DNA from: an uncultured virus (IMG/VR IMGVR_UViG_3300031565_000002)
Taxonomy: Duplodnaviria; Heunggongvirae; Uroviricota; Caudoviricetes
Strand: one strand, 5' to 3'
Length of the DNA: 50,025 nucleotides
IMG/VR virus record: IMGVR_UViG_3300031565_000002
The notes under the pieces were generated by a model. The model was not told the origin of the DNA. It did not search any database and saw only the letters and a list, made by a program, of their open reading frames with translations. Positions 38,233-47,039 of the stretch are shown one piece after another (within the stretch, counting starts at the first letter, position 1; each line of letters starts with the position of its first letter). A program made the position numbers and the translations under genes.

Positions 38233-38832
38233 TTAATCTCCTTTTTTCCTTTTAATCATATCGTCTAATCGTCCATTTGCAAACAGGGAAACGGCAAACC
38301 ACGCCTTAAATCCCAAATTAATTTTCCCTGATACAGCATCATGCATCAATGTTGTTGCTTCTGTAACATCTAATAACTTTGGCGTTATTACTTCCGATGA
38401 TTCTATGTTCTTATTTGACACTTCTCCATGTGCCTCAACAAATACAATCGCAGTCTGTTCATCTGTTAATCCTGGAGAATTATACAAAAAAGGTGATTGC
38501 AATAATACCCTATCCAACTCAAGATTAGTCTCCTGAAAAAGTTCTTTCTCAGCAGTTTGAAGAACAGTGTCACCAGGTTCAATAAGACCTGCTGGCAATT
38601 CAACGCCAACCTGCTTTAACGGAATCCTATATTCTTCAATAATCGCAATTCTTTTCGTTCTTCCATCAACTATGGCAGCAATAGCAACTGATTTTGTTTT
38701 ACCAAGTCTGGTCACCCATTGCCATGTTTTTCTTTTCCCATTATTGTCCTCATAATCAGTCTCAACCAATCCGACAAAATTAGGGACAGAAAAATCAGTC
38801 GGATATACTGTTCTATCTTCTAATATTTTCAT
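38233..38832 (-). CDS. Nudix hydrolase, ADP-ribose pyrophosphatase (NudF)-like
   Basis: EYRIPL...ELPAGLIEPGD...AEKELFQET...SPGLTDE; Nudix box partly degenerate. Confidence 0.85.
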   Translation of the reverse strand: MKILEDRTVYPTDFSVPNFVGLVETDYEDNNGKRKTWQWVTRLGKTKSVAIAAIVDGRTKRIAIIEEYRIPLKQVGVELPAGLIEPGDTVLQTAEKELFQETNLELDRVLLQSPFLYNSPGLTDEQTAIVFVEAHGEVSNKNIESSEVITPKLLDVTEATTLMHDAVSGKINLGFKAWFAVSLFANGRLDDMIKRKKGD

Positions 38833-38865
38833 TACTTTATTCCATAATAAAATTGCATGTTTTAA

Positions 38866-39279
38866 CTATGTTCCCACCGAAATACGTGCATAAACAGTAC
38901 TGAAAAATTCACCATACTTACCAGAATCATCAAAATGCATATCTATGCCTTCTCGCTTACAATATTCACCCTTTGTCCTGTCCCATATTTCCCCATCCAT
39001 CCAAGGAGTCCCTTTTGCATCATAGGTTATTGTAACGCCCTGACTCCTTTGATAATCAGTAACAGAGAAAAAATGAGTATACTTAATACACCATTCTTTT
39101 AATTTATCTTTAATCTCATCTTTTTCTTCTTGTCCGGTTATTATATGAACTTCATGCCCATTGTCTACAAGTAAATTCGATAAAACGGCAAAAAGGGGAC
39201 ATAACTTATCTATTACCCCTCCAATATCAATCCCTATTTTTATTACAGTATGTTTTTTGCCGTCAGTCCTTATCTGCAT
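38866..39279 (-). CDS. HAD-superfamily phosphatase/nucleotidase-like protein
   Basis: IGIDIGGVI, IITG, K, FDDS. Confidence 0.75.
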   Translation of the reverse strand: MQIRTDGKKHTVIKIGIDIGGVIDKLCPLFAVLSNLLVDNGHEVHIITGQEEKDEIKDKLKEWCIKYTHFFSVTDYQRSQGVTITYDAKGTPWMDGEIWDRTKGEYCKREGIDMHFDDSGKYGEFFSTVYARISVGT

Positions 39280-39310
39280 TTTAATTAATTTCCCACTATT
39301 TTTTATACTT

Positions 39311-39631
39311 TTAAATTATACTGTAAGTTAAACAAATTTTTTCCCGTTCTGTATATTCCCCTAATTCTATCCATGCTTCAATGTAATCATCATATTGACT
39401 TAAAATATCATCAACTGAACCTTCAACAATAATATCTATTACAATACATTTATCTCCTGTTTCAGGATCAACCTGAATTCTCAATGTGATCGTATCAATT
39501 TTTTTAAACTTATCCTTAACTAATAAAACAGCATTATCGACAAAAGAAACTATACCATTTTCTTCAGCGAACACCTTTACTTCATCAGAAAGTTTATTTT
39601 CCTTCATTTTGATTCGCTTCCCATTCTTCAA
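39311..39631 (-). CDS. Hypothetical protein
   Basis: Likely start MKENK at 39607. Confidence 0.65.
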   Translation of the reverse strand: MKNGKRIKMKENKLSDEVKVFAEENGIVSFVDNAVLLVKDKFKKIDTITLRIQVDPETGDKCIVIDIIVEGSVDDILSQYDDYIEAWIELGEYTEREKICLTYSII

Positions 39632-40673
39632 AATAAGGTTTCAAACAAAACCGGTATCCACCGGCCCTCCTGTATTTGTCTATATCAGGCAAAAGATGAT
39701 TCGGTATTTGATCAACTTCTACCTTGTTGATATGAGCCAGAATAGCAGCATCACTACAGCGTAACGGAAGATTATGTTTATCAGCTAATTTAGTAACAAT
39801 ATCCTGTTGAATAGGCTTATATTTTTCCATAAGAATAACAGGATCTATCTCATTCATAATTGTTTTAGCAATCAGAATAGACGGTACCACTTTAAACCAT
39901 TTATTCCCGGCCAAAGACGGAATTTCCATTTTACTTAATAATCCACCGAACCTAAAATAAAATAACCCATAAGGTTTAGTGTACGACATCACTACAGCTT
40001 TTATATTCTCATGAGTAAGGTCAAAATTATGAGGTAACGTACAATCGACATACGCTAAATCCATAAAAACATAATGACCGGCTTCACATATTCTTTGGAT
40101 ATATGAATTAGGAATAATATTACCATCTATTGCTGATGGATTAGATATAAAAAACCATCCTGGAGGGATATCACCTATCATATCCACACTTACTTCTGCA
40201 ACTTTTACATTATAATCCCTATATCTTCTCGTTTCCCCAACAAACTTATACCCTTCATACTCACCTTCCAATACATATGCATCCTGACAACCAATAGAAA
40301 GAAGATAAGTCATAAACTCCCTGATTCCTTCTTCTGATCCGGCTGTAGGATATACATTTGCGAACCGGTCTATTCCAGGCAATGTATTCCTGTGTTCATA
40401 AACCCATCTTTTAAAAACTGGCTCATGCATAACATCCATACAACCAGGTGTCTGCAAAAAATGGGACAGAAAATTTTCATCAAAGTTATTACGGCAAAGT
40501 TTTAATACATGTTCAGCGAACGCGCCATTATCCTTCCCATGTTCAAGCAATTTTTTATGAGAATAGAAAAGTTCCCCATAAAAACTCTGTCCAATCATCG
40601 TATTGAATATGCATTTTTTAACTTCCGGAAACATGTAACTATAAACGGTATTGAGTGCTTTTATCTGCTCCAT
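39594..40673 (-). CDS. PLP-dependent class I/II aminotransferase-like protein
   Basis: GSEEGI, SNPSAIDG, DLAY, SYTKPYGL...RFG. Confidence 0.8.
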   Translation of the reverse strand: MEQIKALNTVYSYMFPEVKKCIFNTMIGQSFYGELFYSHKKLLEHGKDNGAFAEHVLKLCRNNFDENFLSHFLQTPGCMDVMHEPVFKRWVYEHRNTLPGIDRFANVYPTAGSEEGIREFMTYLLSIGCQDAYVLEGEYEGYKFVGETRRYRDYNVKVAEVSVDMIGDIPPGWFFISNPSAIDGNIIPNSYIQRICEAGHYVFMDLAYVDCTLPHNFDLTHENIKAVVMSYTKPYGLFYFRFGGLLSKMEIPSLAGNKWFKVVPSILIAKTIMNEIDPVILMEKYKPIQQDIVTKLADKHNLPLRCSDAAILAHINKVEVDQIPNHLLPDIDKYRRAGGYRFCLKPYFEEWEANQNEGK

Positions 40674-41554
40674 TAATATATTCTCCCTCCTTCTACGTTC
40701 TCCCAGCTTGTCGTTAATATATCTTCCCCAGGTTGTGGGAAATATATCAATTGACGGATATCATCTTTACCTGCATCTTTGGTGAGTCCGGTAGTAATAC
40801 AAACATTCTGACCATCCACTTCATATACTTCTGCTCCATGTGGCAATACATCACAAAGAGCACCACCTTTAACATATTTCAATATTTCATCATATTTATT
40901 CTCTGATAACCGATACTTCATAGCCTCATTAGCAACACCAAAATCTAGCGTATTAGTGGGAATATCAATTTCCCTTAATGATAACTGCATTACTTTTCTA
41001 TCTTTAGCATATTGGATTAAATTTTTAACTTCCCCTACTTTATCTATATATTTCTCTGCGAGCACACAAGATAAACGCACCCTGAATCCAAATGCATGAA
41101 GTTTGTCTATTAACTTTACCAAGTTATACGAACTATTAACACCAAACATCTCTTTATTAAGTTCGGGGTCATAATGATATATAGAAATAGCAATTACATC
41201 AAGCCCCAACATTTTCCACACCTTTAGAAACTCATCTATCGCTCCATCTGTGGCTAAATACGATCCTTCAGTCTGCAATTCAGTTTTATCAAACGGGTGC
41301 CCCTTAAACTCTATTAAATATTGAGATACTTGAGCTGGAAAATAAGTAGGTTCACCTTTACCAGTTATCAGTATATTTTGAGCATTGTGGTTAAGCGCAA
41401 ATTGTCTTGATTTTCTTAAGGTCTCTACGCAAATTTCATTTGGAGCACCGGCCCCGATCTGATGAAATGGAGTCATCTTAGAAATACATATTGGGCAATT
41501 ATTGGGACATGCCCTTGAACCGGCAATCAATGTTAAAGTAAGAACGTTTTTCAC
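40673..41554 (-). CDS. Radical SAM protein
   Basis: CPNNCPIC (CxxxCxxC), ITGKGEP. Confidence 0.9.
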   Translation of the reverse strand: MKNVLTLTLIAGSRACPNNCPICISKMTPFHQIGAGAPNEICVETLRKSRQFALNHNAQNILITGKGEPTYFPAQVSQYLIEFKGHPFDKTELQTEGSYLATDGAIDEFLKVWKMLGLDVIAISIYHYDPELNKEMFGVNSSYNLVKLIDKLHAFGFRVRLSCVLAEKYIDKVGEVKNLIQYAKDRKVMQLSLREIDIPTNTLDFGVANEAMKYRLSENKYDEILKYVKGGALCDVLPHGAEVYEVDGQNVCITTGLTKDAGKDDIRQLIYFPQPGEDILTTSWENVEGGRIY

Positions 41555-41580
41555 AACGATAATCCTTTTTTTAAACGTTA

Positions 41581-41612
41581 CTATAATATAACAAATACAA
41601 GAATAAAATCAA
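41581..41612 (-). promoter_or_regulatory. Putative promoter (recurring motif)
   Basis: TTGATT-N16-TATATTATAG. Confidence 0.75.
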
Positions 41613-41618
41613 CTATAA

Positions 41619-41660
41619 AATAACAAAACCCAATCACAAATTGCAATCAGGTTTTATTAT
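41619..41660 (-). terminator. Putative terminator
   Basis: AAAACCTGATTGCA-ATT-TGTGATTGGGTTTT with G-U pairs, then U-rich sequence. Confidence 0.55.
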
Positions 41661-41680
41661 TAACCAACTAAACGTTTTTA

Positions 41681-42064
41681 TTATAGTGAATCTAATTCTT
41701 TTTGATCTCGATCAATTTCCTTTTGAATAGAAAGCATTTCCTGTGCTATCCTTGTTAACATTTCTTTTGTAGCACCATTCTTTTTATATGCTTCATATTT
41801 ATCGGACAACCTTTGGAGTCTAATCGTCATACCTTTGGTATTACGACTTAATTCAGCCTTCTTTAAAATAACTGGAGGTATCAAGTCTGCTTTAATCATT
41901 TCATGAATGATCATAGCATTAAATTCGCTGATTTTACGAACATTAGTTATAGCAGCATAAAGATTATCAATTACATTTTCACTCTCAACATCAAATGGAT
42001 CATCTATACCCAAATGATGAAACAAAATATTTATCTTCTGAATCAGTTCATCGAGATTTTCCAT
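41681..42064 (-). CDS. Helical hypothetical protein
   Basis: ATG at 42064 follows GGAGG (the track starts at 42085). Confidence 0.75.
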   Translation of the reverse strand: MENLDELIQKINILFHHLGIDDPFDVESENVIDNLYAAITNVRKISEFNAMIIHEMIKADLIPPVILKKAELSRNTKGMTIRLQRLSDKYEAYKKNGATKEMLTRIAQEMLSIQKEIDRDQKELDSL

Positions 42065-42182
42065 AGCATCCTCCCCCAAAGACACGAAAGACAGCTTTAT
42101 GCTGTCTTTCGCATGCAGAGGGTAACTCTTATGTCATAGCATTCAATTAATCCAGCCAATATACCCGGGACAATATACAATA

Positions 42183-42401
42183 TTACTGTTTCGCACGGCT
42201 AACATTTACAACCCTTTTCTCAGGTTGCTGATTCATTTCCCTTGTATTTGTACGTTCCTCAACTTCACCAAGGCCGTTTTCGAGTACTGCTGTAGCATCA
42301 AGACATTTCTTGCCCTTAATACCATGAACGTGCAACTCAACCTTATCACCAGTTGGATCTATGGTGATTTCAATTTCTTCTCTTTTTACAGATTTCGTCA
42401 T
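42183..42401 (-). CDS. DUF2997-like protein
   Basis: EIEITIDPTG.VELHVHGIKGKKCLDAT..LE..LG.V. Confidence 0.8.
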   Translation of the reverse strand: MTKSVKREEIEITIDPTGDKVELHVHGIKGKKCLDATAVLENGLGEVEERTNTREMNQQPEKRVVNVSRAKQ

Positions 42402-42467
42402 TACGATACTCCCGTTAAATTGTTATTAAATACTTGGTTAAACCTATCCCCAAATATGCATAAATAA

Positions 42468-42857
42468 TTATGCTGCCATCGCACGGGCACGAATTTTTAC
42501 AGCACCGCCCTTTACGGTTTCCTCACTCAAAACAGTATAGCGTTTTCTGCGCAGAAGGACTTTAACTTCCTTCGCAACATAGATCTTCTTGACTGAATTT
42601 CTGAAAGTCTGCTCGCTCACGTCGGTCTGATAGAAGTCACCAACAAGGTCGTAGTACCCTTCCTTCTGGTCGAGTTTGAAACCAACTCTGTTGGAGTGGT
42701 TACCGGTATTAACCAATAAATCAACAACCCCAAGATTCTTATCGCGGTAATCGGCAAGTTTTCCATTTTCAGAGTAGGAGTATCCCAACTCTTCAAGGGT
42801 CGTCTTTAATGTTTCCAGATTCTTGATCTGGACTTTGAGTTGTACTTGATGAGACAT
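42468..42857 (-). CDS. DUF1257-like protein
   Basis: MSH.......IKNLETLKTTLEELGY...VGF......Y.LVGDFY. Confidence 0.8.
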   Translation of the reverse strand: MSHQVQLKVQIKNLETLKTTLEELGYSYSENGKLADYRDKNLGVVDLLVNTGNHSNRVGFKLDQKEGYYDLVGDFYQTDVSEQTFRNSVKKIYVAKEVKVLLRRKRYTVLSEETVKGGAVKIRARAMAA

Positions 42858-42901
42858 ACTAATCTCCTTTTTTTAAATAATACTCTCTTATTAATAATTT
42901 A

Positions 42902-42933
42902 CTATAATATAACAATTCATCGAAAAAAATCAA
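42902..42933 (-). promoter_or_regulatory. Putative promoter (recurring motif)
   Basis: TTGATT-N16-TATATTATAG. Confidence 0.75.
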
Positions 42934-43070
42934 CTAAATCAATTTTTTATTTTTTATTTTTCCCCCTTTTCAGCACTTTTTGCCTTTTTATAGTTCATCT
43001 TTTTAAGAACCTTCCTTAAAATCTCTAATTTTTTTCCTATCAAGTGGAATAAATACATGGTGTGATATAT

Positions 43071-44645
43071 TTACACTTTCTCCTTTTCAGATTTTTTATC
43101 ACCTGAAATTAACTGTAATACTTTGACATCACCTTCAGCTTCCTTAGATGATACCTGTTTCGCTCCATTATCAGTCGCCCACTGTATTAATGCTTGTATT
43201 TTTTCTCCCTGAGACTTACTTTGTGGTGTCATATCATTGACAACAGATAATATAAGGTTTGTATTCAAATCCTTCTTGCCAACATACGCTTCAATGATAC
43301 TATCTTTAGTTATCTGCTCTATTTCAGCACCATTAAACGTATCGGTAACCCTCGCCAATTCATGATAATCAATCTTTTTAGAACCCTTATTTCTTTTCTC
43401 ATAATGAATTCTAAAAATAACTTCTCTTTCTTCAGTATTTGGTAAACCGGCAAACATTATTCTATCCCATCTGCCAGGTCTTACCATTTCAGGTGAAAGG
43501 CTCGATACATTATTAGCTGTAGCAACAACAAAGAAATCAGCATTTCTATTTTCAAGTTTATCCAAAAATATAGAAAGAGTTCTTGATGTCATTCCACCAT
43601 CTGACTGTCCTGATGATTCCATACCACTTGCCCCTTTTTCAATTTCGTCCATAAAAACAACACAAGGGGCAACGGCTTCAATCGTCCTAAACGCTTCCAA
43701 TAGCCAGTTTTCAGCCTGTCCAACAATACCGCCAGATTGAGCCATAACAGAAGCCAAACTCAGTATTACAACAGGAAGATTATACTCATACCCAATACAC
43801 TTTGCAAATTTAGATTTACCACAACCAGGAACACCGAACAATAAAAGTCCCTTTGGAGCTTCAACACCGAAATTACGGCTATCTTCAGAGAAGCAGGTCT
43901 TACGTTTTTCAATAAAAAGTTTACCAAGATCCCACCCTCCAAGCAAACTGAATTTATCATCAATCCTCGGATTATATATTTCAAGTACAGGATTCTTTTT
44001 AACAATACTTAACTTTTCCTGATTCAAAAGCTCAATACTAACAATCTGACTTTTATCAATAGCTGCTTGTCGTGCAATAACATTAACTGCTTCCATCTCC
44101 GTCAATCCTGCCATTGCCTTATTTATCTTATCTCTTTGTTCAGGGTTCAATGCATTTTTAGCATTCTTAACGTAATTAATAATAGTATTACGTTCACTTT
44201 CTGTTGGCAATGACCACTCAATAACCTGTATACTTTTACTGAGCCGTTGTGGAAGATTTAACATTGGAGCAAGGATAATAATATTTACATGAATTAGACC
44301 ATCTTCAACTATTGTTCTCAAATGCCTTTGTACAAGATCATCCGGAAGATAAGCATCATAATCCTTCAAGACATATACCGTTTTTTCATTCTCGGGTGTT
44401 TTCTTTATTTTTTCCAATATGGCAACTGGATCAGCCAATTCATTGCCACCCTCTGCTACACCATCGCTGTTAACAAGGCCAACATCAGTTGACCATGTTT
44501 TCAAACTCTGGCCAAAGCCCTTTTCTGATTTAAGTAGATTGTCAATAATATTTAATATCCTTTTTTCTTCATAACTTACTATGTAAATTACAGGATATAA
44601 AGCCTTGATCATTTCTTTCAAATTCTGAAGATTTTCCGCACTCAT
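43071..44645 (-). CDS. Ycf46-like AAA+ ATPase
   Basis: YIVSYEEKR N-domain, GVPGCGKS Walker A, FMDEIEK Walker B, ATAN, RPGRWD. Confidence 0.9.
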   Translation of the reverse strand: MSAENLQNLKEMIKALYPVIYIVSYEEKRILNIIDNLLKSEKGFGQSLKTWSTDVGLVNSDGVAEGGNELADPVAILEKIKKTPENEKTVYVLKDYDAYLPDDLVQRHLRTIVEDGLIHVNIIILAPMLNLPQRLSKSIQVIEWSLPTESERNTIINYVKNAKNALNPEQRDKINKAMAGLTEMEAVNVIARQAAIDKSQIVSIELLNQEKLSIVKKNPVLEIYNPRIDDKFSLLGGWDLGKLFIEKRKTCFSEDSRNFGVEAPKGLLLFGVPGCGKSKFAKCIGYEYNLPVVILSLASVMAQSGGIVGQAENWLLEAFRTIEAVAPCVVFMDEIEKGASGMESSGQSDGGMTSRTLSIFLDKLENRNADFFVVATANNVSSLSPEMVRPGRWDRIMFAGLPNTEEREVIFRIHYEKRNKGSKKIDYHELARVTDTFNGAEIEQITKDSIIEAYVGKKDLNTNLILSVVNDMTPQSKSQGEKIQALIQWATDNGAKQVSSKEAEGDVKVLQLISGDKKSEKEKV

Positions 44646-44658
44646 TAAGAAATCCTTT

Positions 44659-45906
44659 CTATACGCATTTACCTAATGCACTTTCGTCTATATCTTTAAA
44701 TATTTTAGTTGCGACCTTATGATCTATAATAATCTTATTATCACCTTTTTTAACCATGTCAGGCAATTCAAACTGTAACTCCAACACTAGCCCTTTCACT
44801 ATTGATCTTAGCCCTCTTGCTCCAGTTCTTCTCTCAATAGCTCTATCAACAATCATATCAAGACACTTATCGGTGAATTCAATACTGCAATTATCAAGTT
44901 CAAAACTATACTGTATCTGCTTGACAAGGCTATTCTTCGGCTCAACTAGAATCTGTTTCAATTCTACCCTATTTAATTCGTCAAGAGTTACATATATCGG
45001 AATTCTTCCAAGTAATTCAGGAATCAAACCAAACTTTATTAAATCTTCAGTTGTAACCAAAGGAAGATAATCATTAACATTAATTCTTTCACTCTTCTTC
45101 GATATTGTACCCGTAAAACCTATAACTGATCCTTTTGAAACTCTCTTCCTTATAATTTCAGCGAGACCATCAAAAGACCCACCAAGAACAAACAATACAT
45201 TCTGAGTATTGAAAGTCATAGATTTCTGGTGAGGGTGTTTTCTGGTAGAGCCATCCATAGGAAGAAGGCATTCTGATCCCTCTATCATTTTTAATAGCGA
45301 CTGCTGCACGCCCTCACCACTGACATCTCTAGTTAAACTTGGGCTTTCCCCCTTGCGTGAATTTTTGTCTATTTCGTCAATAAATACAATTCCTCTTTCC
45401 GCCCTCACCAAATCATAATCAGCATTGATAATTAACGATGTTAAAACGCTTTCTACGTCATTACCAACATATCCAGCTTGGGTAAATGTGGTAGCATCAC
45501 CAATTGCAAATGGAACATCGAGAATCCTTGCTATCGTTTTCAGGAGAAGGGTTTTCCCACAACCGGTAGGTCCAATTAATAGAATGTTAGCCTTTTCTAA
45601 TTCAACATAATTAGTCTTTGGAGCATTAATCCTTTTATAGTGTTCCCTTACTTCAGTTGCTAATATTTTCTTCGATCTTACTTGACCAATAACATATTCA
45701 TTTAATCTCTCAAAAAGTTCCTTGGGAGTAAGATCAAACTTATCATTGTTTTCATTTTGTTTTTTGGAGTTTACTATTATATTGGAAGCAGCACCAATAC
45801 ACGTTTCACAAATCTTAACGCCTTCTCTACCCTCAACAAAATTTTTAACGGCTTTTTTTGTTCCTCCGCAAAAATTGCAAATAGGCTCACTAATATCATT
45901 GGTCAT
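44659..45906 (-). CDS. clpX: ATP-dependent Clp protease ATPase subunit ClpX
   Basis: CNFCG..ICETC zinc domain, [39 protein letters not shown] loop, GARGLR. Confidence 0.95.
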   Translation of the reverse strand: MTNDISEPICNFCGGTKKAVKNFVEGREGVKICETCIGAASNIIVNSKKQNENNDKFDLTPKELFERLNEYVIGQVRSKKILATEVREHYKRINAPKTNYVELEKANILLIGPTGCGKTLLLKTIARILDVPFAIGDATTFTQAGYVGNDVESVLTSLIINADYDLVRAERGIVFIDEIDKNSRKGESPSLTRDVSGEGVQQSLLKMIEGSECLLPMDGSTRKHPHQKSMTFNTQNVLFVLGGSFDGLAEIIRKRVSKGSVIGFTGTISKKSERINVNDYLPLVTTEDLIKFGLIPELLGRIPIYVTLDELNRVELKQILVEPKNSLVKQIQYSFELDNCSIEFTDKCLDMIVDRAIERRTGARGLRSIVKGLVLELQFELPDMVKKGDNKIIIDHKVATKIFKDIDESALGKCV

Positions 45907-45942
45907 ATATAGTCCTTAAAATTGTTTAAATTTCACCTTCAA

Positions 45943-45974
45943 GATAATATAACAAAAACCTAACAAAAAGTCAT
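45943..45974 (-). promoter_or_regulatory. Putative promoter for clpX
   Basis: ATGACT-N17-TATATTAT with TG extension. Confidence 0.65.
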
Positions 45975-45977
45975 AAA

Positions 45978-46331
45978 CTAATTAATCTTTTTCAATCTTT
46001 TTTCAACATAATTAGGGGTATTGTCAGATACTTTTACCCTATTTTCAAAGAATTCTCTATTTAATGTATAATTTTTCAACTCAAAAAACTCACTTCCCAA
46101 CAACTTAGCAACAATAATTGCAACTACATCCTTGAATTCCCCATAAGTCTTACCATATTTATCATCTTTCTCAATCGAATCATTATCATAGATAAAATTG
46201 CCTGTCTCTAAATCAATTTCCGATAACATTCCTTTGGTAACAGATAATACAGGGCGAGATACTTCATCGAATTCTACAAGGGAAATTTTAACAAACCTTT
46301 TCCCCTTAACTAAGAATCTAATATCTCTCAT
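45978..46331 (-). CDS. Hypothetical protein with C-terminal tag
   Basis: Ends PNYVEKRLKKIN. Confidence 0.7.
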   Translation of the reverse strand: MRDIRFLVKGKRFVKISLVEFDEVSRPVLSVTKGMLSEIDLETGNFIYDNDSIEKDDKYGKTYGEFKDVVAIIVAKLLGSEFFELKNYTLNREFFENRVKVSDNTPNYVEKRLKKIN

Positions 46332-47026
46332 AACTTTAATACCTTGTGCAGATAAACATAATCTTTCATTTGCTGATGAAAATAATCAGGCATATACTCT
46401 AGTACAAGTTCCTGAACATGATAAGTGCTCTGCTTTAAAGTCTTAATTACCAGCCCCGTTAAAACTTCTCCCTTATGATTTATCGGCCTATGATGATCTT
46501 TTGAATTAATACTTAATCTCTGACTAAAATGTATTATATCAGCATTCTGAATCAATGATCTCATTAACTGTTCAGACCGTACTACGTCAGGATCTAAATG
46601 ACTAGTATCAAGGGTCATCTGACCACAAGTTCTCAAAATATGAAATGGACTCCTCAACTGTTTCTTCTTTTTATAAGGGAAATTTTCCGGATAAAGCCAA
46701 GGGATATCAGCAAACTCTTTCCCAAATCTATTAGGATGTATTACAACCATAAAATCAGTAGTCATATCAATTTTTATTGGCATGAAAAACGCCTTGTATT
46801 CCTCAAGTTTCTTGATATACTCATCAAATGACTCTTCCTTATCAGCATTAAACGCATGCAAGCTGGTAACTTTGAGATTATCTGGAACTAGTTCCCTGTA
46901 TTCCATAAAATCGGAATAATGAAAGAATTCTAAATGGCAATTAATACCCCTTTCGGCTATCACCTTCAGTCTCTCAACATCTTCATTTGAGTCAACAAAA
47001 ATTCCAACACTAATTATCATTCTCAT
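46328..47026 (-). CDS. Xylose isomerase/AP endonuclease 2-like TIM barrel
   Basis: SLH, VIHP, EN, TLDTSH, IHFS, H.P, LEY metal-ligand pattern. Confidence 0.7.
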   Translation of the reverse strand: MRMIISVGIFVDSNEDVERLKVIAERGINCHLEFFHYSDFMEYRELVPDNLKVTSLHAFNADKEESFDEYIKKLEEYKAFFMPIKIDMTTDFMVVIHPNRFGKEFADIPWLYPENFPYKKKKQLRSPFHILRTCGQMTLDTSHLDPDVVRSEQLMRSLIQNADIIHFSQRLSINSKDHHRPINHKGEVLTGLVIKTLKQSTYHVQELVLEYMPDYFHQQMKDYVYLHKVLKL

Positions 47027-47039
47027 TCTCCATTAATTA

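Noticed and set aside
42081..42140. Possible hammerhead ribozyme (GAAA next to stems)
   Set aside because: No CUGANGA core on either strand.
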